64,000 nucleotides of DNA from Botryllus schlosseri. Its lineage: Eukaryota. This document shows positions 62,701 to 64,000 of the stretch, piece after piece. The stretch is taken from positions 35,032,001-35,096,000 of the forward strand of contig CM119371.1 of the NCBI GenBank assembly GCA_051294905.1, given 5' to 3'. The translations under genes were made by a program, and so were the position numbers. The stretch's first letter is position 1, and each line of letters starts with the position of its first letter. The notes beneath the pieces are model-generated. The model did not search any database, had not been told where the DNA came from, and worked only from the letters and a program-made list of their open reading frames with translations.

Positions 62701-64000
62701 CAATTTCTCTAAAAAGTAGAGATGAAATTCGACTCGAACTAGACGGTAGAATTGGCTAAAACTCGGTTCGATTATGCTTTGGGACAAGCCTCGACTCCTG
62801 AACATGGTTAAAAGTGGAGCACTTGTCTATGATAGAAATATCGGCGTCTTTAATCCGAGAGCTATACGTGTAATTTTGCGAAAGACGTTGGCCAGGTGAT
62901 GATACTCGCGCAATTTCTCTGAAAAGTAGAGATGAAATTCGACTCGAACTAGACGGTAGAATTGGCTAAAACTAGGTTCGATTATGCTTTAGGACAAGAC
63001 TCGACTCCTGTACGTGGTTAAAAGTGGAGCACTTGTCTATAATAGAAATATCGGCGTCTTTAATCCGAGAGCTATACGTGTAATTTTGCGAAAGACGTTG
63101 GCCAGGTGATGATACTCGCGCCATTTCTCTGAAAAGTAGAGATGAAATTCGACTCGAACTAGACTGAAGAATTGGCTAAAACTCGGTTCGATTATGCTTT
63201 GGGACAAATCTCGACTCTTGCACGTGGTTAAAAGTGGAGCACTTGTCAATAATAGAAATATCGGCGTCTTTAATCCGAGAGCTATACGTGTAATTTTGCG
63301 AAAGACGTTGGCCAGGTGATGATACTCGCGCTATTTCTCTGAAAAGTAGAGATGAAATTCGACTCGAACTAGACGGTAGAATTGGCTAAAACTCGGTTCG
63401 ATTATGCTTTGGGACAAGCCTCGACTCCTGTTCGTGGTTAAAAGTGGAGCACTTGACTATAATAGAAATATCGGCGTCTTTAATCCGAGAGCTATACGTG
63501 TAATTTGGCGAAAGACGTTGGCCAGGTGATGATACTCGCGCTATTTCTCTGAAAAGTAGAGATGAAATTCGACTCGAACTAGACGGTAGAATTGGCTAAA
63601 ACTCGGTTCGATTATGCTTTGGGACAAGCCTCGACTCCTGCACGTGGTTAAAAGTGGAGCACTTGTAAATAATAGAAATATCGGCGTCTTTAATCCGAGA
63701 GCTATACGTGTAATTTTGCGAAAGACGTTGGCCAGGTGATGATACTCGCGCAATTTCTCTGAAAAGTAGAGATGAAATTCGACTCGAACTAGACGGTAGA
63801 ATTGGCTAAAACTAGGTTCGATTATGCTTTGGGACAAGACTCGACTCCTGTACGTGGTTAAAAGTGGAGGACTTGTCTATAATAGAAATATCGGCGTCTT
63901 TAATCCGAGAGCTATACGTGTAATTTTACGAAAGACGTTGGTCAGGTGATGATACTCGCGCAATTTCTCTGAAAAGTAGAGATGAAATTCGACTCGAACT
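56776..64000. repeat. 210-bp tandem satellite array, segment 3 (continues beyond window end), largely a 9-mer higher-order repeat
   Basis: Same monomer, resuming in register after the LTR element. Variant patterns recur every 1890 bp. Confidence 0.99.

Noticed and set aside
650..63837. Dozens of minus-strand ORFs with a repeating 70-aa unit (SQSIIEPSFSQFYRLVRVEF...)
   Set aside because: They are satellite translations. 210 is divisible by 3, so one stop-poor frame repeats. Stops come and go at polymorphic sites, 209-bp units shift the frame, many starts are TTG, and no domain is recognisable.
1..64000. CRISPR array
   Set aside because: There are no unique spacers, whole units are near-identical, no cas genes are present, and the inserts are eukaryotic retroelements.

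Overview
This is eukaryotic DNA, probably from an invertebrate animal (inferred from the retroelement types). About 91% of the window is one head-to-tail tandem array of a 210-bp satellite (about 278 monomers, about 43% GC, CpG-rich), with local, changing higher-order duplications. Two young retrotransposons interrupt it, both on the + strand. The first is a 5'-truncated, RNase H-bearing I-group non-LTR element at 3257-4784, with a (TAA)6 tail and a 13-bp target-site duplication (TSD). The second is a compact 4,146-bp Ty3/Gypsy LTR element at 52630-56775, with identical 203-bp LTRs and a 5-bp TSD. The Gypsy element is the most interesting feature. It has no tRNA primer-binding site (PBS). Instead, the 16 nt after the 5' LTR are the exact reverse complement of 16 nt inside its own LTR, which is the geometry of Tf1-type self-priming, although the element lacks a chromodomain and has a Mag-like gag. 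It also has YLDN in place of YxDD in the reverse transcriptase (RT) and an in-frame TAG in the integrase C-terminus. The many minus-strand ORFs in the track are translations of the satellite.
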